NCBI GenBank assembly: GCA_016182555.1
Contig: JACPGJ010000008.1
Coordinates: 156,272 to 220,271 of the forward strand
Direction: 5' to 3'
From: Candidatus Kerfeldbacteria bacterium
GTDB lineage: Bacteria; Patescibacteriota; Patescibacteriia; UBA9570; XYC2-FULL-38-9
DNA length: 64,000 bases
In this document: one piece after another, positions 1 to 9,167 of the stretch
Layout of the letters: each line of letters starts with the position of its first letter
Position numbering within the stretch: position 1 is the stretch's first letter
Notes under the pieces: model-generated
The model's input: only the letters and a program-made list of their open reading frames with translations
Database searches by the model: none
What the model was told of the DNA's origin: nothing
Position numbers and translations under genes: made by a program

Positions 1-1813
1 CACGTTTTTGTACGATTTGAGCACCGTTGACAAAAACACGAACGAGTTTACCGTTACTCACTATTAAACGCGTAGCATCTGCGCTGAGTACAAAGATAAA
101 ATTATTTTTTCCGCCAAATGGAGTAATCGTTTGTGATGATTCGTCATCATAAAAAATAGTCACTGTTCCATCGTCATTTTGAACAACATCAGTCATCACC
201 GATATTTCCTCCTCCTCTTCTACTGGTGCTTCGGCAACCACCGTTACTGTTCGAGTGACGCTGTTGGTTGTATAACCATCATTTGCTGTATACGTGATGG
301 TATAAACACCAGCGATATCAGTCTGCACCGGGTTATCCACTGTCACTATCGCGCTTGGGTTACAAACGTCAGTCAGAATCACTCCAGGATCAGTGAACTC
401 CGATCCTTGTTCTACTTCCATTTCCGCATCACCAACAAGCACTAACTCTGAAACAGTCGTATCTTCTACAACCACCTGGCGTGTTTCGGTGCCAGTATTT
501 CCAACACTATCCGTTGCCGTATACGTAATAGTATAGGTATCTGGTATGGTCGTATCAACAGAACCGCTCGTTTGGACAGCGGTAGTCGTTCCAAAAAAAC
601 TATCCTCATTATCCGTTGCGGTTGCGCCGGGATCAGTAAACGTATCTACCGCGCATTCCACGGTGTTCACTTCTGCCGTATTCGTAGTCACACTAATGGA
701 AGGATTGGTATTATCTGCTTCGTATGCACCAACATCACAGGCGCTATTGTCCGGCCGCGACCACCCACGCTGGTCTTCTGTGAGTGGATCACCATTTTGA
801 TCTGTACAACTGCTACTTGGGATAGCATCAATCGCTGGGGAATCTTGATCTAGAGCAATGGTGAACGTTGATCCACCATGATCTTGTAAACCAACTGTAT
901 CAAACTGTGGATCAGTGCTATTCTGATCCGTTGATTGGTTAAAACCACAGCTGGTTCCTGTATCCACATTATATCCAAGCGAATCCATACCGCCACTACA
1001 CCCCCCATCAATAATAGTGTTGCTCACAGTTAAACTGTGGTCCGTAAACAGATTGTCACCATCTTCGCCAGCGGTATTGCCGGTGATGGTTGAATGGCGA
1101 ATCACCATAGTTGACTCATTATCAATACCACCACCATAATTATTTGTCGCAATATTTTCTGTGATAGTTGTATTGATTATTGTGAATAGACTTGAACCGC
1201 CCGATTCATTACTGACTCCTCCACCACGACTGAACGCGGTATTATTGCGAATCAATGATTGGTCAATCGTTAATATGGCACTGTCATTGCCAACACCACC
1301 GGCACAATTGATCGTTGTGTTATCTTCTATAATGGTTCGCTGTAGGGTTACGGTCACACCCACCGTCATGACTCCTCCACCACAATCTGCTAAATTCCCA
1401 CCGGTAATAGTTACGTCGCTCATCGTCGATGTACCTGCGGTATGCAGATGAAAAACTCGATCAATACCATTGCCATCGATAGTGGTTGTTTGTGCACCTG
1501 CGCCACTCAACGTCATACTACTCGTGATATCTAAATCTCCGGTCGCCGCTGCATTTTCATCTTGACCGGCAATACTCAACGTATAGGTTCCACTTGGCAG
1601 GGTAATGGTATCATCTTCACCATTGGCATTTGCTGCAATGACGGCTTCACGCAAAGAACAATCAGTATCACAGGTGCCATCAGCGGTATCAACTGTTTTA
1701 CTCACCGTAAATGTTGCGGCAGAAACGGCAGAAGTATAACCAAAAAATACACCAAAAAAAATGAGGAATAGAATGACCGGTAAACAAGTGGGGTGGTGTC
1801 GATAAAGACGCAT
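1..1813 (-). CDS. Secreted CSLREA-domain surface protein with beta-helix/choice-of-anchor Q-like region and Ig-like (DUF5011-type) domain; runs off the left edge
   Basis: Not in the ORF track (no stop in window). Manual translation from ATG at 1813 gives MRLYRHHPTCLPVILFLIFFGVFFGYTSAVSAATFTVSKTVDTADGTCDTDCSLREAV, i.e. a signal peptide plus the CSLREA motif. Later come GG-rich beta-helix turns, SPAIDA and PDTYTITYTATDSVGN. Confidence 0.85.
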   Translation of the reverse strand, partial: MRLYRHHPTCLPVILFLIFFGVFFGYTSAVSAATFTVSKTVDTADGTCDTDCSLREAVIAANANGEDDTITLPSGTYTLSIAGQDENAAATGDLDITSSMTLSGAGAQTTTIDGNGIDRVFHLHTAGTSTMSDVTITGGNLADCGGGVMTVGVTVTLQRTIIEDNTTINCAGGVGNDSAILTIDQSLIRNNTAFSRGGGVSNESGGSSLFTIINTTITENIATNNYGGGIDNESTMVIRHSTITGNTAGEDGDNLFTDHSLTVSNTIIDGGCSGGMDSLGYNVDTGTSCGFNQSTDQNSTDPQFDTVGLQDHGGSTFTIALDQDSPAIDAIPSSSCTDQNGDPLTEDQRGWSRPDNSACDVGAYEADNTNPSISVTTNTAEVNTVECAVDTFTDPGATATDNEDSFFGTTTAVQTSGSVDTTIPDTYTITYTATDSVGNTGTETRQVVVEDTTVSELVLVGDAEMEVEQGSEFTDPGVILTDVCNPSAIVTVDNPVQTDIAGVYTITYTANDGYTTNSVTRTVTVVAEAPVEEEEEISVMTDVVQNDDGTVTIFYDDESSQTITPFGGKNNFIFVLSADATRLIVSNGKLVRVFVNGAQIVQKR

Positions 1814-1846
1814 ATAATAAATTTAGTTAATTCAAATATATATAGA

Positions 1847-2866
1847 TTATACAGGAGAAAACACTTTTTTACTACTTTCCCAAAACCGATCATCGTGCTG
1901 TTGCTGCTTCATCCAATACCACCATTCAACGCCCCACAGATACACTTCCGAAAAACCGGTGCGCCGTGCATAATCAATATTTTTTTCAAAATCATCAATA
2001 TCCATGGTTTTATATTGATCTTGCAAGGAAGCGGACAACACTGATTCTGGAACCCAAGGTTCGGCTTGCAGTTCAGTAACAATCACATTTTGCACTAATG
2101 GTTGAATAAACTTTGCTTTCAGGCGGTACATCGCTGGCGGCACTGGGTAACGAAAATATCCAAACCACGGATTCCATGTTGTCCGATACATGCTAATACC
2201 TAAAACATCGGCATCACGCGAGGTGCGAATCCATAAACCGAGTTCTCCGCTATCGGTGACGACTACTGGATGCGTTGGATCAAGAGTTTTCACGCGCTGA
2301 ATGATTGCGGAAATAAAATCATTATCTGGTTTTGGGCACTCACCAAAAGCTGTAAAAAATGGTTCGTTTTCCACTTGCCACCGCTGTAACGCCGGAGCAT
2401 CTTTCAACTGGTTCACCACGGTTTCTATCATTGTTGTTTCCGCCGCATGCATTTGGTCTTGCGAAAAATTCGTTGTCCATTGTGGGGCATGGCATTCTGG
2501 CCAGCGTGGTACACGCATACCAACCGCAAGAATAATTTTGGCATCGCGCTTGTTGGCCTCATCCAGGATCCATTGGATATCAGACAAATGAACATCACCC
2601 GGAGATTGTTCAATATCATTCCAATACACCGGAATGCGGAACTTTCGTATACCTAATTGATCAAGCGCTGCAATATATAATTCTTTCCAATCCAGCCCAA
2701 GATACGTAGCATATTGTGTGCTCAATGTCACTCCGAATTCAGTTTGCAATCCAGCAGTCGCATCTGTTTGATGTTGATTCCAAAAAAAGACCGCACCACC
2801 AATAACAATAATAACCACAGGAATGAGCAAGTATCGAAGTTTATGATGATGGGTTTCCGTATTCAT
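1847..2866 (-). CDS. Membrane-anchored clan GH-A glycoside hydrolase (GH5/GH42-like)
   Basis: N-terminal TM helix, RIPVYWNDIE, WQVENEP (acid/base) and IVTELQAEPW (nucleophile-like). Start moved to MNTETHHH. Confidence 0.75.
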   Translation of the reverse strand: MNTETHHHKLRYLLIPVVIIVIGGAVFFWNQHQTDATAGLQTEFGVTLSTQYATYLGLDWKELYIAALDQLGIRKFRIPVYWNDIEQSPGDVHLSDIQWILDEANKRDAKIILAVGMRVPRWPECHAPQWTTNFSQDQMHAAETTMIETVVNQLKDAPALQRWQVENEPFFTAFGECPKPDNDFISAIIQRVKTLDPTHPVVVTDSGELGLWIRTSRDADVLGISMYRTTWNPWFGYFRYPVPPAMYRLKAKFIQPLVQNVIVTELQAEPWVPESVLSASLQDQYKTMDIDDFEKNIDYARRTGFSEVYLWGVEWWYWMKQQQHDDRFWESSKKVFSPV

Positions 2867-4232
2867 CTGTGTCGGTATTTTTTTCCAATAATTCTTCTTC
2901 GAGTAACGGCTCCTCCGGACGCGCTCCATGGCCGATGAACCGCAATAGATCATGGGTAATCGCATTCTCTTTACAAATGTGTGCATACAAATAGCTACTC
3001 GGACGAGGTGTACGCTTCAAAGTTTTATAATCCACCTCAACTAAGCCAAAACGTGGTTCAAACCCTTTATCCCATTCAAAATTATCGAGCAGGGACCAAT
3101 AAAAATACCCTCGCACATCCACTCCCGCTTTGATCGCATGATACACTTCCTTTAAGTGGGACACGATGAAACGCGACCGTTTATCATCATTCACTGCCGC
3201 AATCCCATTCTCGGTAATATACATGGGTAATCCATATTTTTGTAAATCAATAAGCACTTCAAAAATGCCGGGCGCATAAATTTCCCACCCAAGATCTGAA
3301 CTTTCGCGTTTTTCTTTGCGTGTACTCACAAAAATATATTTTCCGTCGTGGTTTCGGCGTACACGTTGATGAAAATAATAATTTACACCAATAAAATCGT
3401 GCGTACCTTTGGTGAAGGTGAAAAAAAGATCGTTCCAAACATATTCGGAAAAACGCACATAGAGATAATCACGAAATGTTTTTCTGTACGATACAAGCGA
3501 AATGACATTTTGGGCAATACCCACGCGTGCACGACGATGCTGTTTATTCATTTCTGCATGAATTTCACGATACGCTAATTTGTGTCCCTGGGCGAGGTGC
3601 CGGAACACCCGAAACCCTTTGAAAAAACTTTTCGTTTCCGGTGGCCACTCGGCAACCGCATACCCTTGCACCGTGTAAATCACCGGTTCGTTAATGGTGA
3701 TCCAAAAATCGATATACTCTCCTAAGTGTTCGGCGATGAATTCTGCGTACCGCGCAAAGGCCGCTGCTGTATGGTGATTTTCCCACCCACCACTTTCTGC
3801 AATCCAGACTGGATTTGTAAAATGATGCAGCGTTACCATCGTTTTTATTTTCCGTTTTTTTAGTGCTTTCAGTACTGCGCGATAGTGGTCAACCTCTTCC
3901 CAATTCCACTCTCGCTCTCTTGGTTCAATGCGGCTCCACTCAATGGAAAACCGGTGCGCATTATGGTGACTTGCTGCCGCGATATCAAAATCTTCTTCAA
4001 AACGATGGTAATGATCTGTGGCTTTACTTGACCGGTCATCGTTTTTTATTTTCCCGCGTTTTTGTTCCCACGCCCACCAATCGTTATGAATATTTCCCCC
4101 TTCCACTTGGTGAGCAGAGGTAGAGGCTCCCCATAAAAACCCTTTAGGGAAACGAAGCGATTCATGTGAGTGCCCGTTATGCGATAAGGTTTTTTTTCTT
4201 TTTGTTTTTTTTACCATACCGCTGTTATGCAT
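2841..4232 (-). CDS. Glycoside hydrolase family 1 (beta-glucosidase)
   Basis: FPKGFLWGASTSAHQVEG, RFSIEWSRIEP, TINEP, YITENG and WSLLDNFEW motifs. Confidence 0.95.
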   Translation of the reverse strand: MHNSGMVKKTKRKKTLSHNGHSHESLRFPKGFLWGASTSAHQVEGGNIHNDWWAWEQKRGKIKNDDRSSKATDHYHRFEEDFDIAAASHHNAHRFSIEWSRIEPREREWNWEEVDHYRAVLKALKKRKIKTMVTLHHFTNPVWIAESGGWENHHTAAAFARYAEFIAEHLGEYIDFWITINEPVIYTVQGYAVAEWPPETKSFFKGFRVFRHLAQGHKLAYREIHAEMNKQHRRARVGIAQNVISLVSYRKTFRDYLYVRFSEYVWNDLFFTFTKGTHDFIGVNYYFHQRVRRNHDGKYIFVSTRKEKRESSDLGWEIYAPGIFEVLIDLQKYGLPMYITENGIAAVNDDKRSRFIVSHLKEVYHAIKAGVDVRGYFYWSLLDNFEWDKGFEPRFGLVEVDYKTLKRTPRPSSYLYAHICKENAITHDLLRFIGHGARPEEPLLEEELLEKNTDTDEYGNPSS

Positions 4233-5142
4233 TGATCGCCACTAATGCCAAACCAGCACCAATAATAATGACCGCAATTGATTTTAATACTAGTTCTTTC
4301 TGCGTCATGCTTTCTGTAATAAATTGCGGATATTTGATGCTGCCAATCATTGCCATGATAAGTAAAAACGCATATTGCACACCCTGCATCGCATTTACTA
4401 GAGCGACCGGCGCCAAGGAGATAGCATAATTCACACATAAAAACCCAATTCCGCCACCAAGTTGAGAACCCATATAGGGAAACGCTTCTTTGTGCGTATA
4501 GAGTGAAAATACACGCATAATATTCTTACGATGTTTGGCTACCAAAAGAAAAATAAGGACAAACAAAAACGTTCCAATGCGCATCCAAATAAATGCGGAA
4601 AGAAAAGGTTGATGGTCGAAGGCGGCTTTTGTCATCACAAAACAGATTGCGAAAAAAAGCGCAGCGATGATGCCGAGAATCCATGCGTTCATTTGTTGGT
4701 GGTGTTTTCGTGCGCTTGGTTTCTTTTTTTTGAGTTCCAGAGTAATGAAGAACGTTCCAAATACCAACACACCAAAAGCGAAGAGTTGATTCAGAGAGAA
4801 CTGGCCATGCAAAAAGAGTATTTCAAGGATTAAGGTGAATATAGGAATTGCTGCGCCAATGAATGGCACAACGCGAGATGTTTCACCACTGGCGAGCGCA
4901 AGAAAAAACGTGAGCAAGGAGAGCGCAAAAAAAATGCCGGTGCAGAGATTCAACGCCAGCTGTGTATTGCTGGGGAGTTCAAAGCCAAAGGGAATAAAGA
5001 CAAGCGAAATCAGACCAAGCAAACCAACATGAAATGTAAACGCGTATGGATCTTTAATCGATTTCGTGAGTACAATTTTATCCAACACAAAAGAGATAGC
5101 GTTGAAGAAGTGCCCAATCAGCACGGCGATGATCCAATTCAT
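4225..5142 (-). CDS. EamA/DMT family transporter
   Basis: About 10 hydrophobic helices in two repeats, with GETSRVVP and SLAPVALVNA. Start MNWII is supported by a -10 box 7 nt upstream. Confidence 0.8.
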   Translation of the reverse strand: MNWIIAVLIGHFFNAISFVLDKIVLTKSIKDPYAFTFHVGLLGLISLVFIPFGFELPSNTQLALNLCTGIFFALSLLTFFLALASGETSRVVPFIGAAIPIFTLILEILFLHGQFSLNQLFAFGVLVFGTFFITLELKKKKPSARKHHQQMNAWILGIIAALFFAICFVMTKAAFDHQPFLSAFIWMRIGTFLFVLIFLLVAKHRKNIMRVFSLYTHKEAFPYMGSQLGGGIGFLCVNYAISLAPVALVNAMQGVQYAFLLIMAMIGSIKYPQFITESMTQKELVLKSIAVIIIGAGLALVAINA

Positions 5143-5201
5143 GGATGATAGTATACCAGAAAATTGTTTTTTTAGAAAAAATATGATAGGAAGAAGCGGA
5201 T

Positions 5202-5855
5202 ATGTTTCATGCACAAAAACCATTTATCGTTGGCCTCGCTGGAGGATCAGGGTCAGGAAAAACAACGCTCTCCAAAATTATTGCCACGTTTATTCCCTGG
5301 CAAACGACGATTGTTCCACTTGACCAATTTTATGCTGATCTCACACATCTCACCCTCGAACAACGCAAAACGGTGAATTTCGATGACCCGAAAAGTATAG
5401 ATATGGAATTAGCACAAATGGTATTGGCGAACTTACGTGAAGGCCATGCTGCAGAAATGCCGATATACGATTTTGCTGTCTATAATCGTTCTCGGAAAAC
5501 ACAAACGCTCTCCCCTGCTCCAATTATTTTATTTGAAGGAATGCATACACTGTATCACTTACCGTTATTGGAGCTCTATGACGTTACTATTTTTTTAAAC
5601 ATTGATGAGGAAACTCGGTGGAAACGAAAATTGGAACGCGATATTGCGGAGCGCGGTCGCACCTACCAAGATGTGCTACAAATGTGGCAACGGTATACCA
5701 AACCAATGCACGATGTGTATGTTCAACCGAGTTTTACCCGAGCAGATTTAGTGTTCACGGATACCTTTGCGCCACGCGTGATTGAAGTGATCACCAACGA
5801 AATACGCCACCGCGTACACATGAAACACAACGTCACGGGAGAGATGCCGGAATAG
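5202..5855 (+). CDS. udk: Uridine kinase
   Basis: GLAGGSGSGKTT P-loop, DQFY, NFDDP, RDIAERGR and KPMHDVYVQPS. Confidence 0.9.
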   Translation: MFHAQKPFIVGLAGGSGSGKTTLSKIIATFIPWQTTIVPLDQFYADLTHLTLEQRKTVNFDDPKSIDMELAQMVLANLREGHAAEMPIYDFAVYNRSRKTQTLSPAPIILFEGMHTLYHLPLLELYDVTIFLNIDEETRWKRKLERDIAERGRTYQDVLQMWQRYTKPMHDVYVQPSFTRADLVFTDTFAPRVIEVITNEIRHRVHMKHNVTGEMPE

Positions 5856-6317
5856 CTAATCTTGCATCAAGTGATAGAGAATAATTCCACCCGCAATAGA
5901 AACATTGAGTGATTCTTTTTTTCCGAACATCGGAATATCCACAACTAGGTCACACGTGTTGATCACCTCGTCAGAAAGACCCGTCACTTCATTTCCAAAA
6001 ATCACCGCCACTTTTTGTGAATATTCTGCTTTTTTATAATGTACACTTTCTGGTGTCTGTTCCACAGCCACAATTTGAAAACCTTCTGCGCGTAATTTTG
6101 CGATGACTGATAATACGTCTTCATGATATTCCCACGGCACAACTGCTTCTGCACCAAGAGATACTTTCACCAAATGCGGGTGCGGAGGCGCAGCGGTAAT
6201 TCCGGTGAGATATATTTTCGAAACTCCAGCCCCATCGCTCGTGCGAAAAAACGACCCGGTATTATGGGTGGAACGAATATCTGGAAGAATAACCACAACC
6301 GTACGACGAGGAGACAT
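5856..6317 (-). CDS. TrmH/SpoU family RNA methyltransferase (short form)
   Basis: IRSTHNTGSFFRTSD, FGNEVTG and IPMFGKKESLNVS. Confidence 0.9.
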   Translation of the reverse strand: MSPRRTVVVILPDIRSTHNTGSFFRTSDGAGVSKIYLTGITAAPPHPHLVKVSLGAEAVVPWEYHEDVLSVIAKLRAEGFQIVAVEQTPESVHYKKAEYSQKVAVIFGNEVTGLSDEVINTCDLVVDIPMFGKKESLNVSIAGGIILYHLMQD

Positions 6318-6325
6318 AAAAATAA

Positions 6326-7618
6326 TTAGTAATTCTGAAATGTCCAATTAGCGAACGTCCACTGTGCAAGACCATACACTTCATCAAAAATAGTTCCATA
6401 TTCAGGGTTACCCAGTAAGCACAGCACAATTTCGTGGCCAGTCGTTTTTTCTTTCAAATCAATCACGAGCGTTCGGTCTGCGCTGCCAGGGTAATACCCA
6501 GTTTTGAAGCCAACCACATCATACAACCCTCGACCATCAAAATAATTCGTGGAAAATTCTTCAATCACGCGGCCCGAATTTGCTAATGTAAAGGTATACT
6601 TGCTGGTGTTTGCTGCCGTGCCATAAATATCAGGATATTGGTGAAAAACCATATTTGCTAAACGGGCGATATTACCAGCAGTGGAAATATCTGCTGCATC
6701 GAGCCCGGTCGGTTCCACAAAATGCGTACGATGCAAACCCAGTTCTTGCATACGTGTATTCACCTGCTGCATAAATGCATTACGGGACATTGGTGTACTG
6801 TTGGCGAGAGTTTCTGCCATGTTATTTGCCGAAGGAATCAGTGTGCTATACAGCACTTGTTGCAATGTTAACTGGTCACCATTCTCCAATGCTATTTCAG
6901 AACCAATGTGGTCGTAGGCCGTAGTATAACTGACGGTCCGGTCAAGATTGGGTTGCGATTCTAAAAACACCAGTGTCGTGGCCAGTTTCGTAATAGAAGC
7001 AATGTGGCGCTGCTTACTGGCTTCTTCTCGGTACAAAAATGCACCACTTTTAGCGTCAATAACTGCGCCCGTGTCTGAATGTGGTAAACCAGGATATTGA
7101 ACAAAATTGGTATTCGCTATTGGTGTTTCGAATTTGCGACGATTTTTTGCCACAATAATATTTCCTGTTTCTTCGGTGACCACCGCTTGAGCATAATGAG
7201 CCGATTTATTTGTCACCGTTCGTAATTTCTGCCACGGAGCACCATCATTTGTTTGGTAAAAAATCTGTTTCTGTTTTTGGTCGGAGGTTCCAGAGCGATA
7301 ATATAAACGTACAACAATATCTTTCGTTGGTGCTTGGCTAAAGCTGTACTGGAACAAATGATTTCTTGAACGGTAATGCCTTGGTAATTGAGCTGAATCA
7401 ATTTTACCAAGATCATGCACGACAATATCAGTAGCAGAAGGAAATACGCCATTTTGCACATGAAACTCTCCTGCTGGGAAAAGCACCAAAGCGCCGCTAC
7501 TCTGGGCGTTTTCATAGGGAATGTGTGCTGTCGTTTTGGCAAACGCAGAAGGCGCTATAAGAAAAAGCATAGCCAGTAGCAATACAACACTGAAATGTGT
7601 GGGGCGTATTGTGAACAT
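6326..7618 (-). CDS. D-alanyl-D-alanine carboxypeptidase/endopeptidase (peptidase S11) with an extra N-terminal domain
   Basis: Signal peptide; SxxK (ASITKL), SxN (SANN) and KTG motifs; FVEPTGL. Confidence 0.9.
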   Translation of the reverse strand: MFTIRPTHFSVVLLLAMLFLIAPSAFAKTTAHIPYENAQSSGALVLFPAGEFHVQNGVFPSATDIVVHDLGKIDSAQLPRHYRSRNHLFQYSFSQAPTKDIVVRLYYRSGTSDQKQKQIFYQTNDGAPWQKLRTVTNKSAHYAQAVVTEETGNIIVAKNRRKFETPIANTNFVQYPGLPHSDTGAVIDAKSGAFLYREEASKQRHIASITKLATTLVFLESQPNLDRTVSYTTAYDHIGSEIALENGDQLTLQQVLYSTLIPSANNMAETLANSTPMSRNAFMQQVNTRMQELGLHRTHFVEPTGLDAADISTAGNIARLANMVFHQYPDIYGTAANTSKYTFTLANSGRVIEEFSTNYFDGRGLYDVVGFKTGYYPGSADRTLVIDLKEKTTGHEIVLCLLGNPEYGTIFDEVYGLAQWTFANWTFQNY

Positions 7619-7628
7619 ACGTCAATAG

Positions 7629-7636
7629 ATTATAAT
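7629..7636. promoter_or_regulatory. Palindromic ATTATAAT giving overlapping -10 boxes for the divergent peptidase S11 and mutY genes
   Basis: The intergenic gap is 25 bp. TATAAT lies 7 nt before the mutY ATG (+) and 10 nt before the S11 ATG (-). Confidence 0.55.
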
Positions 7637-7643
7637 AGAAAAC

Positions 7644-8579
7644 ATGCCAATACGCCAACCACGTCTTTCCACTGTAACCGTACAAAAAAAACAATTTGCA
7701 CAGCGCCTGTTCACGTGGTACACAAAACATGCACGTGATTTACCGTGGCGCCGAACGCACGAACCCTACCGTATTTTGCTTTCTGAAATGATGCTGCAAC
7801 AAACGCAGGTGGATCGGGTTATTGAATATTACACAGCGTGGTTGAAAAAATTTCCGAATGTGAAGGCACTTGCTGCAGCGCCGGTTGGTGAAGTCATTGC
7901 TGCGTGGCAAGGATTAGGATATAACCGCCGAGCATTGTATCTGCACCGCATTGCAAAAACGGTTGTGAGTGAACATGGTGGAAAATTTCCACGCACGCAT
8001 GAAGGGCTATTAGCATTGCCAGGCATTGGGCCATATACCGCTGGAGCAATGATGAGTTTTGCATTTCGTGAGAATGCACCTATTTTGGATACAAATGTAA
8101 AACGCGTGCTGGGAAGAATATTTTTGGGATATAAACGGTTGGCGCGCTCTCGTGAAGATGAATTATGGAAGTTGGCGGGCGCAGTATTGCCGAGCGCAGA
8201 TGTCTATTATTTCAACCAAGCGCTGATGGATTTTGGTTCACTGGTGTGTGTGCAGCGAAAACCAAAATGCTCCGAGTGTCCATTTCAAAACATGTGCAAA
8301 TCGTATCCGAAAATTTTGGATGCGCCCCGTGAAGAATTACGTTTACCGAAAGTGAAGGAAACATTGTATTTTGGTCAACCTCGACGTATTTGGCGTGGCA
8401 AAATTTTGAACTATTTGCATTCGGTAGATACGGTAACTGGTGCGACACCTCTACAAATCGGCCGCGCTATTCAACCAGATTTCTCAACCAGTCGTTTGGC
8501 TTGGTTGCGTAGTGTTATTCAAACACTTGAACATGATACATTAGTGGTCTACAAAAAGAAAAAAATATATTTACCATAA
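7644..8579 (+). CDS. mutY: A/G-specific adenine glycosylase (short form without the NUDIX-like C-terminal domain)
   Basis: RDLPWR, SEMMLQQTQV, WQGLGYNRRA, LPGIGPYTA, DTNVKRV and the Fe-S motif C-x6-C-x2-C-x5-C. Confidence 0.93.
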   Translation: MPIRQPRLSTVTVQKKQFAQRLFTWYTKHARDLPWRRTHEPYRILLSEMMLQQTQVDRVIEYYTAWLKKFPNVKALAAAPVGEVIAAWQGLGYNRRALYLHRIAKTVVSEHGGKFPRTHEGLLALPGIGPYTAGAMMSFAFRENAPILDTNVKRVLGRIFLGYKRLARSREDELWKLAGAVLPSADVYYFNQALMDFGSLVCVQRKPKCSECPFQNMCKSYPKILDAPREELRLPKVKETLYFGQPRRIWRGKILNYLHSVDTVTGATPLQIGRAIQPDFSTSRLAWLRSVIQTLEHDTLVVYKKKKIYLP

Positions 8580-8588
8580 TTGTTGCTA

Positions 8589-9167
8589 TTACTCGGCCGC
8601 ATCAACATTCGTATCGGTTGCGGCAGAGTCATTGGTTTCTGCTGGTTTTTTCCAATCGGTTTTTGAAAATACATACTGCGCACCGCTCACCAAATAAACG
8701 GCGGAATCACTCGGCCGCATAGCATAAAAAGTTTGCGGCAATGAACCCGTTTTCCCTACAGTCATTTCCACTATTTGCCCACTATTGAGTGATATTTTTA
8801 CCAACAATTTGGCAGGATCATCTAATCCATACGTTGCCAAATTATTCCCGTTACGCGACACGACTGTTTCAATCATCGTATTATCCACAGCGGCGATAAG
8901 CCTCTCTACCGCGTCACCATCTGCTGCCGCATTATCTGCTGACACGACATACCATTGGGTTCCATCTTTTTTCAAATCCGTTGTGGCGCTGGCGTCAACA
9001 ATCTGCACTGCTGTTACTGTACTCACATCAAAATCGGCAATAAAATCTTTTTCTGATTGCGTGTTCTGTTTCTGTTGTTGCACACGATAACGGTTATATC
9101 CAAAGCCAGCAACAACGACAACAAGAACGGCAACTAATACCAACGTCGTTTTTGTTTGTTTACGCAT
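8589..9167 (-). CDS. DUF4340-domain protein (ABC transporter accessory)
   Basis: N-terminal TM helix, YGLDDP and VGK...FYAMR. It sits downstream of the GldG-type gene and overlaps its stop. Confidence 0.75.
   Translation of the reverse strand: MRKQTKTTLVLVAVLVVVVAGFGYNRYRVQQQKQNTQSEKDFIADFDVSTVTAVQIVDASATTDLKKDGTQWYVVSADNAAADGDAVERLIAAVDNTMIETVVSRNGNNLATYGLDDPAKLLVKISLNSGQIVEMTVGKTGSLPQTFYAMRPSDSAVYLVSGAQYVFSKTDWKKPAETNDSAATDTNVDAAE

Noticed and set aside
179-1771. Several plus-strand ORFs in the track
   Set aside because: They are antisense shadows of the minus-strand CSLREA gene.
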